Positions 54,151 to 64,000 of a DNA stretch of 64,000 nucleotides are shown piece after piece. Within the stretch, counting starts at the first letter, position 1. Every line of letters starts with the position of its first letter. The position numbers were made by a program, and so were the translations under genes. The notes under the pieces are model-generated. The model saw only the letters and a list, made by a program, of their open reading frames with translations. It had not been told where the DNA came from and made no database searches. Origin of the DNA: an uncultured Planctomycetota bacterium (GTDB lineage: Bacteria > Planctomycetota > Planctomycetia > Isosphaerales > Isosphaeraceae); contig CAWGMQ010000004.1 of NCBI GenBank assembly GCA_963823665.1, positions 704,001-768,000 on the forward strand, in the 5' to 3' direction.

Positions 54151-54795
54151 TCAGAGTGATTCGAATGAGTCCAGCCAGGTGAATTCTTCGACGATCTCGT
54201 GCACTTCTTCGGACAACCTCTTCAAGACTCGCGACTTGGCGATGTAAACCTGCTCGATCCGCAACGACAGCTCCTCGGCCGCCTCGGCCGCTGACCGGTG
54301 TTCGACCCAAACGCACTCGAACGCTCGCCATGTCAACGGCTCGAACGAAGGCTGAATCCGTTGCATCGCCACCCGCAAGACCCGGGCGTTGAAGGCATCG
54401 TCCCAGTCGACGTCGGCCCGATCATCCTTGAGCGCTTCCAGCACCTCGATGTCGCAGGCCCGTTCCGGCCGCCGGGCGATTCGTTCATTGAATCGCACCA
54501 GGAGGTGGCGCGTGACCGTCAAGAGCCAATGGCGGAATCGGCCGCGCTCCGGCCGATACTCGAATGATCGAATCGCCCGCGCGACTTCCACCATCACATC
54601 CTGGGTCAAATCGGCTGCATCGGCATCCTGCGAGCCGTGGCGGAGCGCGTACTGGTAAACCAGCGGAGCGTAAACCGTCACAAACGTCTGCCAGGCTTCA
54701 GCGTCCTGGGCGTCGCGAATCCGTACGAGGAGACTGGGTCGCGTCTGGGTGCTGGAAATGTCTCCACTCACGTAAGAATGCCTCCACGCCGACAT
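54151..54795 (-). CDS. ECF RNA polymerase sigma factor, copy 2
   Basis: TRPSLLVRIRD, DAADLTQDV, RGRFRHWL, VYIAKSRVLKRL. Clear paralogue of 41862..42524. Confidence 0.92.
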   Translation of the reverse strand: MSAWRHSYVSGDISSTQTRPSLLVRIRDAQDAEAWQTFVTVYAPLVYQYALRHGSQDADAADLTQDVMVEVARAIRSFEYRPERGRFRHWLLTVTRHLLVRFNERIARRPERACDIEVLEALKDDRADVDWDDAFNARVLRVAMQRIQPSFEPLTWRAFECVWVEHRSAAEAAEELSLRIEQVYIAKSRVLKRLSEEVHEIVEEFTWLDSFESL

Positions 54796-55191
54796 GGCTC
54801 ATTCTTTCATAACACACGGATCCAATCAAGGAGCGATAAGCCGGACCGGAAAACAGGATATCGGTTGAAGCTCGCAAAGACCACCTCGCCGGGGGCAAAA
54901 CCGCGATCTTAACCCATTCCTGGTGCGTTCATTACGTCTGAACTCGTTCCGCTGCGTTGCGATTGGGCAACACCCTCGCTCTTGGAGAAGTTCCAACTTT
55001 GTTGCCCTCTCCGTGCAAGATCGATCGATGAAATGCCTATCCACTTCTAGAGAAAACAACAGTGCGCGGGCCGGAGTGTTCGCGTGAGCTGAGTCACGCT
55101 GTCTGTGGCCGTGTGCATCCACAGCGATCGCGGTTCGTCTTCGATCGCGACACCACCTTTGTAGCATCAGACCGCGCGAGACGAGGGGTCG

Positions 55192-56595
55192 ATGACAATC
55201 AAATTGGTCGAGACATCATTTCCCGGCTTCCGTCCTCCGTCCTCCGTACTCCGTCCTTCCCTCCTGGCCCTTGCGATCGCCCTGGCTGCAGCCACTTCGG
55301 TGCGGGCAGGATCGGTGACGATCAGCAACTCGGGGCCGGGCCCAGCCGCCGAGCTCGATCCAGCGACCAGGAGCATCCTCGAAATCAAGGATGCGATCAA
55401 GAGCTTCGAGAAACGCGACTTTGACGGGTGCCTGAAGCAGCTTGCCCAGGCCCGAGCAGCCCACCCCGAGCTGCCTCCGCCCCATGCACTCTTCGCCAAA
55501 CTCGCATTCCTCTCCAACCAGGGCCCACTGATCCGGCCCGCGCTCGAGTCGGCCATCGGTGAGGATCCGGAACATCCGGAGATCTTCATCCTCTTCGGCA
55601 ACCTCGCCTTGGCCGAACGCCGGGTGACCGACGCCGCGGTGCACTTCGAAAAGGCCAAAGGGCTGGCGGCAGGGAAACGATGGACCGCCGAGCAGAAAAG
55701 CCGCTTTGACCGTTTCGCCGTTCAGGGTGACGCGGTCGTCGCGGAGAGCCGAGGCGACTGGAAGGCCGCGCGGGCGGCCCTGGGAGATTGGCTGAAGGTC
55801 GAGCCTGGTAACGCCGCCGCCCGCCAGCGGCTGGGAAAGGCGCTCTTTCAACTCGCAGAGCACAAAGCGGCCTACGAACAGCTCGAGCTCTCAGCCAAGG
55901 CCGACGCCGCCCTCGAGCCGCCGGCAATCACCATGGCGTGGCTCTTCACTCGTGGCGGCGACCTCAAGAAGGCCGAGGAGTGGATCAACTACGCCAACAA
56001 GACGGCTCCCGAGTCCCTTGCGGTCCAGATGGGATCGGCCGCGTGGCTGCTCGAACAGGGTCGCGGCGACGAAGCAGCGAGCCATGCCGAGCTCGCGGCG
56101 AAGCTCGATCCCAGGTCGACCGCGATCAAACGACTCATGGGGCTGGCGGCGCGGCAGCGAAAGGACTTCGGCAAGGCTGAGCAGATCTTTGAGGGGCTCT
56201 CGCACGACGCGCCCGCCGATGCCTGGGTTCGCAACCAGTTGGCCTTGGCGTTGGTTGAGCAGAATGATGAGATCAAACGCCGCCGGGCCCTTGATCTGGC
56301 AGAACTGAGCGTGCGCCAGAACCCCAAGGCCGGCGATTCGCTCGCAACGCTCGGAACCGTCTCCTTCCGGCTCAATCGGCTCGACGACGCCGAGAAACTC
56401 CTGTCGGCCGTATTCCAGAATGGCCAGTCCCAATCGGACGACGTGCTGGCGCTGGCTCGCGTCGAGGCCGCGCGAGGAAAGAAAGACGTGGTCGTCCCGC
56501 TCCTCAAGAAAGCACTGGCCGCGTCGGGGCAGTTTCTCGAACGTGACGAAGCCAGGCGATGGCTCGACGAACTGGAGAAATCCACGAAGAAGTAG
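55192..56595 (+). CDS. secreted TPR repeat protein
   Basis: Signal peptide LLALAIALAAATSVRA, followed by TPR-like helical repeats (L..EPGNAAARQRLGKALF, AAKLDPRS). Confidence 0.85.
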   Translation: MTIKLVETSFPGFRPPSSVLRPSLLALAIALAAATSVRAGSVTISNSGPGPAAELDPATRSILEIKDAIKSFEKRDFDGCLKQLAQARAAHPELPPPHALFAKLAFLSNQGPLIRPALESAIGEDPEHPEIFILFGNLALAERRVTDAAVHFEKAKGLAAGKRWTAEQKSRFDRFAVQGDAVVAESRGDWKAARAALGDWLKVEPGNAAARQRLGKALFQLAEHKAAYEQLELSAKADAALEPPAITMAWLFTRGGDLKKAEEWINYANKTAPESLAVQMGSAAWLLEQGRGDEAASHAELAAKLDPRSTAIKRLMGLAARQRKDFGKAEQIFEGLSHDAPADAWVRNQLALALVEQNDEIKRRRALDLAELSVRQNPKAGDSLATLGTVSFRLNRLDDAEKLLSAVFQNGQSQSDDVLALARVEAARGKKDVVVPLLKKALAASGQFLERDEARRWLDELEKSTKK

Positions 56596-56701
56596 TCCCA
56601 TGGTCCCGCGTGGCGCTGGCACGCCGCCCTTTCGGTTCCCGGAATGTCGTCGAATCTGTCAGGAAGTCCGAATCGTCAGCGTCAACCCCATGGAGTCAGC
56701 A

Positions 56702-59700
56702 ATGGCCAATCGCTTCGTTCTCCCTCGGCTCCCGCGAGCAACGCTTCCAGCCCTGATCACCATCGCTGTTCTGGCCCTCGCGGTCCAGAATGCGAGCGCG
56801 CAGTCCAGTTGGAACGGTGGAACCGGCAACTGGAACTTGGCCGGCAACTGGACGCCCAGCGGCGTACCCAACAGCAGCTCGACCGACGTGTACATCACAG
56901 GCACGAGTACGACTGCCTCGGTAGTCACGCTCGACAACCTGAGCGCCTCGGTGCACAACCTGTCGCTCGACCAGTACAGCACGCTCTCGATCCTCGGAAC
57001 GCAGAATATCAATATCTACGGTTCGAGCATCGCCAATGCCGGTCAGATCCAGGCTGGCAACGATTCCGATATTTTCCTGATCGGCAGCGGCGCGACCTTC
57101 AACCTCACGGGAGCGGGGACGCTCAGTCTGGGCGCTTCGAACACCGTGCTCGAGGGTTATTTCGGCAACGAGAACCTCGTCAACCAGGGAAACACGATCG
57201 AGGGACAGGGCTCCATCAAGTACCTGGCCTCGTTCAACAATCAGACCACGGTCAATGCCAACGTCTCGGGCGGGACGCTCACGATCAACTCCATCAACAA
57301 CGTCAAAAACACCGGAACCCTCGAGGCCACCGGCGGCGGCACGCTCTATATCAACTCCTCGACGGTCAACAACGCGGGCGGAACGATCTACGCCGGGCCT
57401 TCCTCCACCGTGACCTTCTACGGCGCGACGATCAACGGCGGCAACCTCTCCTCCGCCAGCAGCGGCGTGATCCAAGGCCTTTTCACTGACACGCTGAATG
57501 GCGTGACCATCACCTCGGGCTCGACCTACTTCCTCAACAACAACAACACCTACCTCACCGGCGATCTGACCAACAAGGGAACGGTTATTGTCGGGAATAG
57601 CAGTGCAGACTCCGGCCTCCTCGTTCAAGGTACTGTTGCCAATAACGGCACGATCAACCTCTCCGGCGGGGGCACGATCAACCTCAACAACGCCGGCTCC
57701 GAAATCGAGGGCGTCAGCGGCAACGAAACCCTGGTCAACCACGACAATTTGATCCAGGGACAGGGCTCCATCGCGTTCCTGAGCTCGTTCAACAACCAGG
57801 CCACGGTCAATTCCAACGTCTCGGGCGAGACTCTCACCATCAACTCCATCAACAACGTCACCAACACCGGAACTCTCGAGGCCACCGGCGGCGGCACGCT
57901 CTATATCAACTCCTCGACGGTCAACAACGCGGGCGGGACGATCTACGCCGGACCCTCTTCCAACGTGACCCTCTACGCCGCGACGATCAACGGCGGCAAC
58001 CTCTCCTCCGCGAGCAGCGGCGTGATCCAAGGCCGTTTCACCGACACGCTGAACGGCGTGACCATCACCTCGGGCTCGACCTACTTCCTCAACAACAACA
58101 ACACCTACCTCACCGGCGATCTGACCAACAAGGGAACGGTTATTGTCGGGAATAGCAGTGCAGACTCCGGCCTCCTCGTTCAAGGTACTGTTGCCAATAA
58201 CGGCACGATCAACCTCTCCGGCGGGGGCACGATCAACCTCAACAACGCCGGCTCCGAAATCGAGGGCGGCAGCGGCAACGAAACCCTGGTCAACCACGAC
58301 AATTTGATCCAGGGACAGGGCTCCATCGCGTTCCTGGGCTCGTTCAACAACCAGGCCACGGTTGATGCCAACGTCTCGGGCGAGACTCTCACCATCAACT
58401 CCATCAACAACGTCACCAACACCGGAACTCTCGAGGCCACCGGCGGCGGCACACTGCGAATCTCCGACTCGACCGTTACCAATACCGGCGGGACCATCTC
58501 CACTGACAGCTCGTCGTCGGTCATCATTACCGCCTCAACGATTATTGGCGGCAACCTCACGAGCGCCAGCGGCGCCGTGATCCACGGTGTCGATTCCTTT
58601 CTGAGCGGCGTCACCATCACCTCCGGTTCAACCTACTCGGTCGACCCCAACACAAGTAACTTCCTCAGTGGCGACCTGATCAACAAGGGAACGGTCGTGA
58701 TCGGGGGGGCCGGCGCTAGCTCCAATTCCTCTGATCTCGCCGTCTACGCCTCGACCGTCAACCTCTCCGGTGGCGGCACGATCGTCCTCAACAATGCCAG
58801 TTCCCAGCTCGACGGCTACTACGGCAACGAAACCCTCGTCAACAAGGACAACATCATCCAGGGGCAGGGCTACATCGAGGCGTTGGCGAGTTTCACAAAC
58901 GGGGGAACCGTGAACGCCAACGTCTCGGGCGGGACGCTGTTCATCGATTACGCCCCAACGACAAACACGGGGACGCTCGAGGCCCAGGCAGGCGCAACCC
59001 TGAATCTCAACAACACCACGCTCACGAATTTCGCGAGCACGGGCGCCACGGCGGGCACGCTCAGCGGCGGGACCTACCAGGTGTGGAGTGGCACCCTGAG
59101 CTTCAATAACGGGAACTATACGAACGATATCGTCACCAACGCCGCGACGATTCTGCTGGATGGCGCCTCGGGCACGCCGAACTTCATCGATCAGAACGGC
59201 AATAACGCCCTGGCCCACATCGCGACCAACGCGGCCGCCGGGAGCTTCACCATCCAGAACGGCGTGAGCGTGACCTCGGACCCCTCAACTGACTTCCACA
59301 ATGCCGGCACAATGAACATCGGCGCCACCAGCACATTCACCGTTGGCGGGGGGCACGACTACACCCAGAGCGGCGGTCTCACCTATCTCCAGGCCGCCAC
59401 CAGCGACCTCGTCGCCCATACGATCAACATCAATGGCGGCACGCTTCAGGGATTCGGCACGGTCACTGGTAACCTGGTCAACGGCGGGATCGTCCACCCC
59501 GGCGACGGACCGGGCATCCTTTCTGTTACGGGGAACTACACCCAGACCTCCTCAGGCATTCTGGATATCCAGATCGGCGGCCCGAACGCCGGTACGGGTT
59601 ATTCCCAGCTCAGCATCACGGGCACGGCGGCGCTCGGCGGGACTCTCGACGTCAGTCTGTTCAATGGGTTCACGCCGTACAACGGGGAGACCTTCACGAT

Positions 59701-59935
59701 CTTGACGTCGGGCGGACTGAATTCGTCGGTCTTCTCCGAGTTCAACGGCCTGCAAGAGGGAAACGTCACCTTCACCGTCGCCTACACATCCGGTGATGTG
59801 ATTCTCGACGCCATCGTTCCGCAGTCGGTGCCGGAGCCGGCGTCGCTGGTCATGCTGGGAATCGGCATCGCCGGGCTGGGGGCTTATGTTGTGCGGCGGC
59901 GCCGTCATGCCTCACAGGGATGCATTGCGAACTAA
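56702..59935 (+). CDS. PEP-CTERM surface protein with autotransporter-like beta-strand repeats
   Basis: Signal peptide ...LAVQNASA, WNGGTGNW..AGNW, N/G/T/S-rich repeats, and C-terminal VPEPASLVMLGIGIAGLGAYVVRRRR. Confidence 0.92.
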   Translation: MANRFVLPRLPRATLPALITIAVLALAVQNASAQSSWNGGTGNWNLAGNWTPSGVPNSSSTDVYITGTSTTASVVTLDNLSASVHNLSLDQYSTLSILGTQNINIYGSSIANAGQIQAGNDSDIFLIGSGATFNLTGAGTLSLGASNTVLEGYFGNENLVNQGNTIEGQGSIKYLASFNNQTTVNANVSGGTLTINSINNVKNTGTLEATGGGTLYINSSTVNNAGGTIYAGPSSTVTFYGATINGGNLSSASSGVIQGLFTDTLNGVTITSGSTYFLNNNNTYLTGDLTNKGTVIVGNSSADSGLLVQGTVANNGTINLSGGGTINLNNAGSEIEGVSGNETLVNHDNLIQGQGSIAFLSSFNNQATVNSNVSGETLTINSINNVTNTGTLEATGGGTLYINSSTVNNAGGTIYAGPSSNVTLYAATINGGNLSSASSGVIQGRFTDTLNGVTITSGSTYFLNNNNTYLTGDLTNKGTVIVGNSSADSGLLVQGTVANNGTINLSGGGTINLNNAGSEIEGGSGNETLVNHDNLIQGQGSIAFLGSFNNQATVDANVSGETLTINSINNVTNTGTLEATGGGTLRISDSTVTNTGGTISTDSSSSVIITASTIIGGNLTSASGAVIHGVDSFLSGVTITSGSTYSVDPNTSNFLSGDLINKGTVVIGGAGASSNSSDLAVYASTVNLSGGGTIVLNNASSQLDGYYGNETLVNKDNIIQGQGYIEALASFTNGGTVNANVSGGTLFIDYAPTTNTGTLEAQAGATLNLNNTTLTNFASTGATAGTLSGGTYQVWSGTLSFNNGNYTNDIVTNAATILLDGASGTPNFIDQNGNNALAHIATNAAAGSFTIQNGVSVTSDPSTDFHNAGTMNIGATSTFTVGGGHDYTQSGGLTYLQAATSDLVAHTININGGTLQGFGTVTGNLVNGGIVHPGDGPGILSVTGNYTQTSSGILDIQIGGPNAGTGYSQLSITGTAALGGTLDVSLFNGFTPYNGETFTILTSGGLNSSVFSEFNGLQEGNVTFTVAYTSGDVILDAIVPQSVPEPASLVMLGIGIAGLGAYVVRRRRHASQGCIAN
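57200..58450 (+). repeat. intragenic tandem repeat, period 555 bp (185 aa), about 2.3 copies
   Basis: CGTTCAACAA recurs at 57231, 57786 and 58341. Long stretches are near-identical at the DNA level. Confidence 0.9.
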
Positions 59936-59949
59936 TGATGCCGGCAACT

Positions 59950-61197
59950 TCAAGCCTGGCGCGGTGCAGTCTGAACCGTTCCACTCAGCCCGGCGGCGAC
60001 CTTTCCCGGCAACTGCGGCCATCGATGGGTCGCCGATGAGACCGTCAAGTACCGCTGACCTCGCGATCTGTCCGCACGCGCCCGGAGCCCTCGAATAACG
60101 AACGGAATGAAGTTGAGATAGGCAATTCCGGTGCAGGTCACCGGGACGTAGCGAAAGCCGCGCCGGATGAGCCAGAAGGCGATCGTCGCCGCCGTTCGTC
60201 CGGACATGAGGCCCTTTCCCATTCGCGAACAAAACGCCGACGGCACGACATGGCGGTAAAGGATGTGAGGATCATGCATCAGCGTGGCCGCCGCCCGCGC
60301 AAAGGCGCGCTTCGAGCGGGCGTATGACCACAAGCCTGGATTCCCAAACGTTGGATGGCACTCAATTTCCGAGCCGACGGCCCAGACCTCCACCGGAACC
60401 TGTCGATGCAAGGTGAGGCTCTTGAAGCGCTCGAAGAGGGCCAGGAACGAGTCGCAGTTGGCCTGCATGGCCTGCTCGCCCTTGGCTCCGTGAGCGAGGA
60501 CGAGAATCTCAGCCGACTCGAGCACGGCATCGGCACCCGAGTAATCTTCATAGTTCCAATCGACGCCGAACCGCAGCGGGATCACAGTGGCGCCAGCGTG
60601 TTCCAGCAGGTTTCTCATCGCAGAACCGAATGACCCCGAGGCCCCCGTGAGTGCGACGCGACGCCCTCTGACCTGACAAGCCGTGCCCATCAGGCCGTCG
60701 AACAGGGTCGTGTACGAGCTCAGGTAGCTGTCGGGATAGATGTGGTGCATGGCGTGATACGGCGCACGCACGAAGAAGGTTGTTCGCGGCACCGGAATGA
60801 TTGAGAACGGGATGTGGTTGTGGTCCTTGCCCTGCAGGAACATCGCGCTGGCGAAGAGCGCCGTGAAGATTGACATCACGACCATGACCGGGAGCGAGTC
60901 CAGCACGAGAAGCGCCAGGCCGCAAACGACCAGTTGGGTCGCGTACTCGGGAATCACGTGATGCAGCAGGTTGGACACGGTCACCGCTTCATGGTACCGC
61001 AATCGACGGTCGAAGAAGAGGTGATGGGCCTCGTGTGGGCTGGCCAGTCTGCGCAGCCAGCGATAGCGCGAATTCAGGCAAAGGTGCAGCGAGAAATGAA
61101 TCGCGTCGAAGACGAACGTTGCGACCAGGAAGAGTCCCACGGACTTGAGCATTACTCCTGACAATTGCTCCAGCATGATCAGCGTCGATATCAACAT
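59950..61197 (-). CDS. fatty-acid-hydroxylase/sterol-desaturase plus SDR fusion, MgdE-like
   Basis: His boxes (DAIHFSLH, HEAHH, YHAMHH) in a hydrophobic N-terminal domain, then LFDGLMGTA..VRGRRVALTGASGSFG, EVWAVGSE.E..P and YARSK (YxxxK). Confidence 0.75.
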   Translation of the reverse strand: MLISTLIMLEQLSGVMLKSVGLFLVATFVFDAIHFSLHLCLNSRYRWLRRLASPHEAHHLFFDRRLRYHEAVTVSNLLHHVIPEYATQLVVCGLALLVLDSLPVMVVMSIFTALFASAMFLQGKDHNHIPFSIIPVPRTTFFVRAPYHAMHHIYPDSYLSSYTTLFDGLMGTACQVRGRRVALTGASGSFGSAMRNLLEHAGATVIPLRFGVDWNYEDYSGADAVLESAEILVLAHGAKGEQAMQANCDSFLALFERFKSLTLHRQVPVEVWAVGSEIECHPTFGNPGLWSYARSKRAFARAAATLMHDPHILYRHVVPSAFCSRMGKGLMSGRTAATIAFWLIRRGFRYVPVTCTGIAYLNFIPFVIRGLRARADRSRGQRYLTVSSATHRWPQLPGKVAAGLSGTVQTAPRQA

Positions 61198-61658
61198 TTC
61201 GGTTTCCTTCCCGAGTCCAGCTCGTTCGTGGCGACCAGAGGACCCAGGTCGCTCAGACCCAGACGCGGCAGGCAGGCGATGGCCGGCGCCGGCGCCGGAA
61301 CAACGCCGACGTTTACGAAAGCTGCCGGCTCCGTCGCGCGAAGATCATATTCTGCTCCAGGAAAAACGGGAAGGCCGTCTGCGTGGTAGGGCCGGGCGCC
61401 CGGGAGGGCTAGGTGCCTGGCAAGATGAAGATCGGCCGTGGCGACGACGTGATCTACCGGAGGGCGGGTATCTGAAGGCAGCCTCCTGCACGGTATTCAA
61501 GCGGCGTCCTTTCTACCACCGTGATCCGAGCTCGATCGCTCGAGATTCCTCAACCTAATAAGATCCAATAGGGGCAAGACCGGACGCTGATTTCTCGGGG
61601 TCGCACGGGAAAACATCGCAAAGCGAACGAGGGTACGGCGTTAATACCAGGCCGAGCT

Positions 61659-61763
61659 AACACGGTCAACATCAATGGCGGCACCCTCCAGGGCTTCGGC
61701 ACGGTCACCGGCAACCTGGTCAACGGCGGCACTGTCCGTCCCCGCGACGGCCCGAGAATCCTT
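61659..61763 (+). pseudogene. 105-bp remnant of a paralogue of the PEP-CTERM gene
   Basis: NTVNINGGTLQGFGTVTGNLVNGGTVRPRDGPRIL aligns without gaps to 59417-59521 (HTININGGTLQGFGTVTGNLVNGGIVHPGDGPGIL). Confidence 0.85.
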
Positions 61764-61866
61764 CTCGCCGCCGGGAAGAAACTCCGTGTGCGATCGTGCT
61801 CGAAAGTGTAAGCTTAGCGCCTCGATCGAAGGGATTCCCTGTTGCAAGGAAGGGATCGGGAGCCCG

Positions 61867-62970
61867 ATGGAAACGTCAGCCGACTTGATCGATCACGAAG
61901 CCGCAACGCCGGCGACGGAGCCGCGGAGCGTCGAGCACGAATAGACGTTGAACTGGGCGCCGATCCTCAGGCAGCTTGGCGCATCAGTGTTGATCTCGAC
62001 GTACCAGGCCGGCAAGGTGGTGGTGGTCAGTGAGGGGTCGTCGCTGGATGGTCTCGACATTCACCTGAGCTGTCACAATTTCGAACGAGCCATGGGGGTT
62101 GCCGTCGCTCCGGGAAGGCTCGCCGTCGGCGCTCGGTCGCTGGTGTGGATCCTGCGCAATGCGCCTGCGATTGCTCCCCAGCTTGATCCGCCGGGAAGGC
62201 ACGACGCCTGCTACCTGACGCGCGCTGCGCTTTATACCGGGGGGATCAACTGCCACGAGCTGGCCTGGGCCGATGAAGAGCTGTGGGTGGTCAACACGCT
62301 GTTCTCGTGTCTCTGCACGCTGGACGACCAGCACAGTTTCGTGCCGCGCTGGCGGCCACCGTTCATTTCCCAGTTTGCCCCCGAAGACCGCTGCCACCTG
62401 AATGCCCTGGCAATGGCGGAGAGGAAGCCGAAGTTCGTGACGGTCTTCGGAACAACGGATACGCGAGATGGCTGGCGCCCTTCCAAGGCCTCGGGCGCGT
62501 GTCTGATCGATGTCGTCTCTGGCGAAGTGGCAGCTCGCGGACTGGCCATGCCGCATTCACCGCGGATCCATGGCGGGCGGGTCTGGCTGCTCGACTCGGG
62601 AAGGGGACGGTTTGTCCATGTTGATATTCGGGACGGATCGATCGACACGGTGGCCGAGCTGCCGGGGTACACTCGCGGACTGGCTTTCTGCGGATCACTC
62701 GCGTTCGTGGGACTGTCCAGGATCCGGGAGAGCTCCACCTTCAGCGGGGTGCCGATCGCGGCCGACCGGGATCGCTTGAAGTGCGGGGTGGCGATCGTGG
62801 ACCTGACCTCGGGGCAAACCATCGGGCTGCTCGAGTTTCACACGGGAATCGAGGAAATCTTCGACGTCCAGCTCGTGCTGGGTGTGCGCTGGCCCTATCT
62901 GTCGGGGCCATACCCCGACGTCGATCAGCAGTCGCCGATCTGGCTGGCGCCGGCGCCGGGCGTTGAATGA
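61867..62970 (+). CDS. TIGR03032/DUF4915 family protein (in-frame TAG at 61942-61944)
   Basis: LISTYQAGK, F.RAMG, VNTLFSCL, SFVPRWRPPFIS..APEDRCHLN.LA, GL.MPHSPR, LPGYTRGL, VGLSRIRE, EIFDV. Confidence 0.88.
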
Positions 62971-62977
62971 TATCAGT

Positions 62978-64000
62978 TCATCGCCCGGGGCGGGCGTTGC
63001 TCGCTCGTGAGGTCTGGATCACGAGCGCGCTCGACAGGTTGCCCGAGCTGTCCGGCTCCAGCGAAGACAGCACGCTGGGCGGGCCGGTATTTCCCGTCTG
63101 GGTTGCGGTCACAGCACGGTTGCCGTCGCTCAGCTTGAGGTGGCTTTTCAGCGTCCACGACCCGTCGCTCCTGCTGGCTTTGACCTGGCCGATCGAGACC
63201 GGTTGATTATCGCCTTGTTGCTGCGCCCAGAGGGTTACTTCGGCCCCCGGCGTCGCCACGCAGGCGAATGTCGGCTTCTCGGTACCGCTGACGTTGGTCC
63301 ATTCATCGTATGAGTAGTCCGGCGCCTGCTTGGAGCGATGCCGGTAGTCCAGGCCGCCCGAGACGCTGTCGAGCCCGCTGATCCGCACAATGCTCGAGTT
63401 CGCAGTAGTCAACCAGAGATTGCCATCAGGGCCCGCGGCCATGCCGCCGCCGCTCCCGTAGGAGTTGCCAGAGACATACGGGCTTGGAAGGTCTTGAGGC
63501 ACGACGATTCCCGATCGAGTGGCCACACCCAGCCCTGGTGCCATACCTGGGCGACTGGTCGCAAACCAGACCTGGCCGTCCGGCAGACGCACCAGATTGG
63601 ACGAGAAATTGTCGGCCGGCATGACGGGACCCAGCGCTCCGCTGGTTGAAATCCGAACGATCCCCGGACCTAGATTGCTGAGCGCGTTGCCGTTGCTACC
63701 GTACCAGAGCTTTCCGTCCGGCCCGCAAATGAATTCGGTTACAGCGTAGTTACCCTACCCGGCTGAACGCGACTCGACCCAGTGGGACATGTGGATTGAG
63801 CCCCGGACCGTGATCTGCCCGAAGAGTCCCACCAGATCCTGCTTGCCGTCATAGCTACGCATGAACCAGAGCTCGCGGTCAGGGCCAGGCATGATGCTTC
63901 CCAGCGACGGAAGGCCTTTCGCCGGGAGTTTTACGCGGAATGTCTTGATCTGGCCCTTGGGGCGTGATCCGGCCGATGGCTACCGTGTTGGCGGCAGCGT
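62978..64000 (-). pseudogene. Vgb-like beta-propeller plus Ig-like domain protein, partial (in-frame TAG at 63755-63757, frameshift near 63960)
   Basis: GPDRELWF, GPDGKLWY, LPDGQVWF and GPDGNLWL blades; AIGRITP; C-terminal PTF...ATPGAEVTL...DGSWTL...LSDG Ig-like domain. Runs off the window end. Confidence 0.7.

Noticed and set aside
40009..63757. TAG recoding (three in-frame TAGs)
   Set aside because: TAG is used as a normal terminator in this window (genes ending at 16776, 17687, 39432, 56595), and no suppressor or pyrrolysine machinery is visible.
304..64000. About a dozen frameshifted genes (TIR-TIR, ggt, AsmA-like, HNH, lectin, phnZ, DUF5690, MBL, Tat protein, RHS) as programmed frameshifting or mass pseudogenisation
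   Set aside because: The indels are scattered over unrelated genes, some in short homopolymers, with both halves well conserved and no shared slippery motif. Long-read error is the simplest explanation.

Overview
A 64 kb GC-rich bacterial window. Gene content (LEPR-XLL signal protein, DUF4058, ECF/Ser-Thr kinase pairs, ASPIC/UnbV, multiheme cytochrome, PEP-CTERM) suggests a planctomycete, probably Isosphaeraceae-like (inference). About a dozen genes carry frameshifts, consistent with an unpolished long-read assembly, so most split genes are treated as probably intact. (1) 1-10.4 kb is a defence-island-like region: a tandem TIR-TIR gene behind an integron attC-like site, a 5' tRNA-Leu(CAA) relic, a 1516-aa PD-(D/E)xK nuclease-STAND NTPase-helical repeat protein (Avs-like), a pentapeptide-TIR gene, an S1/P1 nuclease fragment and an FRG-domain gene running into a repeat cluster. 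(2) 10.6-39.4 kb is mostly ordinary: GGT, a MITE-like element holding a GxxExxY fragment, AsmA-like, 7-heme cytochrome, YheT hydrolase, B12 radical SAM, a broken vapBC, cinA, an HNH nuclease with a candidate structured leader RNA, bulb-type lectin, OsmC, CRTAC1, a phnZ-FAD oxidoreductase-phnX phosphonate cluster, enolase-superfamily, MBL, DSP and DUF4058. (3) 39.4-60 kb holds two paralogous cassettes, each an ECF sigma factor plus a ZAS-kinase-TM-TPR gene divergent from a giant surface protein (an RHS protein; a PEP-CTERM protein). Both kinases have an in-frame stop at almost the same codon. (4) 60-64 kb has a cyanobacterial MgdE-like desaturase/SDR fusion and decaying genes. All family assignments come from motif recognition by eye, not database searches.
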